From positions 124,001 to 188,000 of the forward strand of contig QPGO01000133.1 in assembly GCA_008632985.1 (NCBI GenBank): 64,000 nt of DNA, given 5' to 3'. The stretch's first letter is position 1, and each line of letters opens with the position of its first letter. Source of the DNA: Psammoneis japonica. Its lineage: Eukaryota. The translations under genes and the position numbers were made by a program. This document shows, one piece after another, positions 60,882 to 64,000 of the stretch. The notes under the pieces were generated by a model, which saw only the letters and a list, made by a program, of their open reading frames with translations, ran no database searches and was not told where the DNA came from.

Positions 60882-61579
60882 GGTTTCAAAAGCAACTGAA
60901 TGTCTCGCTTCGTATTATGCAACTCTTGTCTTCCCAAATGGCGTTGAGTCGATCCTGTTGTGTTTTTGCTTTTGGGAAACTGTACCTGTCCAACGCCTTG
61001 GTGTCTTGAAACCTGCGAAACGTGCGTGTTGTATAGAATGTACACTCTACTCGAAGCTTCAATCAAGTCTGCCAGCCGAGCGAGTCTCGAACAATTGCGT
61101 GAATGCGCAAATGATTCTTTATTCCTTTGAAAAGAGAGAAAATAGAACGATAAAGTGATAAGGCCTGTGCACAAAGCACAATAGCAAGAGTTTTTTAGTC
61201 GAGTGTCCTGAGGATCGCACTGTGCAGTACGCGTGACTCGATCGAGCGTCGACAAAAACACAGTCGATGCACGCTGCGACTTCGCAATGATCGAATGTGC
61301 GATAATACGATAACGAATCATCTCACCTATGGTACTCCGCAACTCTTAAAGGACTCCCGAGTAAATCCGGATGATGTGGTGAAATCACTTGTGACAACAA
61401 CAGCAATGGAATAAACTCTTGGGCAACAATCCACGTGAGATTTCGGCATGTCCCATGCAAACGTGATCCAAAATCCGGATGATTTCTTTGGTACATTGTT
61501 GTACGTAAATTTGTCGTAGACGTCTGTCCTCGTTCGAGGTACGAGCTTGGATCCACGACATTTCGATTTTTTTAGATTT

Positions 61580-64000
61580 TGAGTCACGAATGCCAATTCT
61601 CAGCACAAACCACTCGCACAACGCGACCCAGCATGATGTGTCATCGCTCTCGAGCATGTTGTGGCATGGACCTGTGCCTCCTCTGCCTCTTAGACAGCAC
61701 TGAATTCATCCTTGTTTTCATCTTTGATGTGGGTGTCCGCGGCATTGTTGCGGGGCAGGCAATGCATGCAGCACAGGCTTTTTGCCCCAACTTGATTCTT
61801 TCACAATGTTTGCCTGACTTGACACCTGACTCTTGTGACGGGAATCTAAAACAAGGTGTGCAGGGCCCCACAGTGCTCTCTGTTAGAGCAGAGAGTGACA
61901 TTTTTGGTTTGAAAGCAGAAACAGTGCCAAGTTTTGTGCGGGCTTGTGATGGAAAGAGACTGCTGCGGGAGCACGCGCTGTGTTGCAAATTTTTCATCTT
62001 TCCACCCATTGGATGTTCAAAGGCTGCAAGTGAGTGCAGCCACAGAGTGGAGACTGCCAGACAGCACCCTGCATTTTGCTTTTGGTGCAGCAGCCATGCC
62101 CTTTTAAAAGCCATTTTGGCTCAAGAGTCGGCGGGTTTCCAGATCTTCAGTTCTCAACAAGCAACCCACCCACACTGCTGTGAGAAAGCTGAGGCAATTT
62201 CATGCCAGCAGACACTGCACACAACTCCGGCACTTTGGCAGTGCAAAACCCTGTCAAAACTCATCTGCCAAGCTGGCAGTCATTTTTTGCTGGCAGGCAC
62301 AGAAATGTTTTGTGCCCAAGAAAGAGTTCATTGGGGATGGATGGCGTGCAACACCCCCCTGTGAAGCTGCTGGCACAAAATCTGCACAATTGCACAGGAA
62401 CCCTCAGAGTGCTTCTGTGCAAATTGGAGCTCACACAAATGACAAGCAGGGGTGTGGGTCAGGTGCGCTGGTGCAGGCAAACAAAGTGGTGGCAGGACCC
62501 ATTCTCTGCACTGCCTGCCCAGCCCAGTGAGTTTTCAAACATCACTCCTTCTTCTCACCTGACCCATTGCAAGAGATGATCAGCTGCAAAGGCTTGCCAC
62601 TCTTTGCCATTTTCTCAACATCTTTGTGTCACTCACATGTGGGAAAAGCCATGGCCATCTTGGTTGGCTCTCATCCCCAGCTCTCAAAAAATCATTGGGG
62701 CAGCAGCAGTCATTGATGCCCTGCGGCACAAAAGGCACCCAGCTTCAGTGCTGCTGGCTTGGCTGGGGAAATCAACAAACAACTCCAGCCAAGCCTCCTC
62801 CATGTCAGAGCCAAAACAAGTTGCAAAAAAGAGGCGGGTTTGTTGGCTGACAACATGCACTGGAGCAGGGTCTCAAAAAAATGTTGGCCTTGCTTGCAGC
62901 ACTTGTTCTTCAAACACTCAGCACAGGCTCCCTGCCAAACCACATGCTTTTGATGTGTGACAAGGTTCACACACGGGGCAATGGGGCCAAGCATCATTCA
63001 ATTTTGTTCATTGTCAATGTGAAAAAGAGTGTTTTGTTGTGACCTTTGCTTTTGATGCAGTGCTTGCAGACTCTGTGCCATCCATCCAACACCTGTTTTT
63101 GCTGGGAATTTCAAGCACCTGTTGATTGTCTGTGTGTGGTGCAAAATGATTTCAGCCATGTGCAGCTCAATGCCAGCATGTCACCTCTCTCAGAAAAGTT
63201 GAGCCATGGCACAAAGGGGGTTCAAGAAAATGGTCACATCATGGTGCTGAAACTCCACAGAAACACCACAGACCCACACATCTTTGGGTTCCTCAAGACC
63301 TGAGGGTTTCAAGTCTGTCATTTGTGGCTGCCTTTGTCTTTGCCCCCTGTCTTGAGTCAAGGGGTGGCATGAGTGCCACATGGTCAGTGCATGCTTTGGC
63401 TAAATCAAGCAGGGTGTTTCTGCACATTTTGCTTTTTTTGACTCAATCTCTTGTGGAAACTCCTTCTCAGTGATTGCCACTGCAGCAACCCATGCCCCCC
63501 CCCCCCCGAACTCAATGCAGCAGCAGCACGGACCACCTGCTTCTCTTGGCACATTCTTCCACACTGTGCTCACATGGCAGCACTGCTTGCTCTGAAAGGC
63601 ATTTTCCACACATCTTTGCATGTGCAGTGTGGCACCACCCTGTTCAAAAACACGTGCGCCGCACTTTGCCAGGGCCAACCTGGGTTCCACCTGTTGCACA
63701 CTTCGAAAGTTGCCAGGGCCAACACGTGGCTGGGAGGATCCACTTGTTGCTGCTCCGGGTCACATTTCTCATCATTCACCTCAATCCCTGGTCAATCGCC
63801 AATGTCAACAACCATCAATCGATGGACAAACAATGGTCAGTGTCAAGACATTTTGCAACTGACCAAGTTTTTGACATTTTGGGTGAAAATTGAGACTTTT
63901 GCTGTGGAGATCATGTGAGCCTGCGCAGACATAGAATCAGCAAGGGTGGCAGCAAGAGGTGGAGGTGAAACAGGAGCTTGTCAACCTCTTCAGAGAGGGA
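61580..64000. mobile_element. Degenerate TpA/CpG-depleted domain (runs off the window)
   Basis: Only about 6 TA seen in 2.4 kb (TTAG x2, CTAA x2, TTAA, ATAG). Tyr-free spurious ORFs. Confidence 0.65.

Noticed and set aside
60204..61342. ORFs 60204..60899 (+) and 60332..61342 (-)
   Set aside because: These are shadow frames of the Sel1 repeat array.

Overview
Eukaryotic nuclear DNA, most likely a pennate diatom (inference from an ASAF-type bipartite plastid presequence on UROD, short 74-97 bp GT-AG introns and diatom-type gene families). About 18 host genes are present: four sulfotransferase-like genes, two tandem Zn-metalloproteases with GACC repeats, two PH-domain proteins, an NmrA-like protein, an unusual formin, a GT32 glycosyltransferase, UROD/hemE, a bromodomain protein, a GOS1 SNARE, a WW/UIM protein and a Sel1-repeat protein. 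They alternate with seven sharply bounded degenerate domains (about 22 kb) containing transposon relics, including two related RLE-type non-LTR retrotransposon 3' ends, and a dead host gene. The standout signal is that these domains are almost devoid of TpA. The few survivors are mostly in YTAR context (TTAA/CTAA/TTAG/CTAG), implying domain-restricted T:A->C:G hypermutation at TAY/RTA. This is partly uncoupled from CpG decay and runs opposite to fungal RIP. Many host genes carry 1-bp frameshifts that look like long-read assembly errors. All counts are by eye and approximate; no database searches were run.
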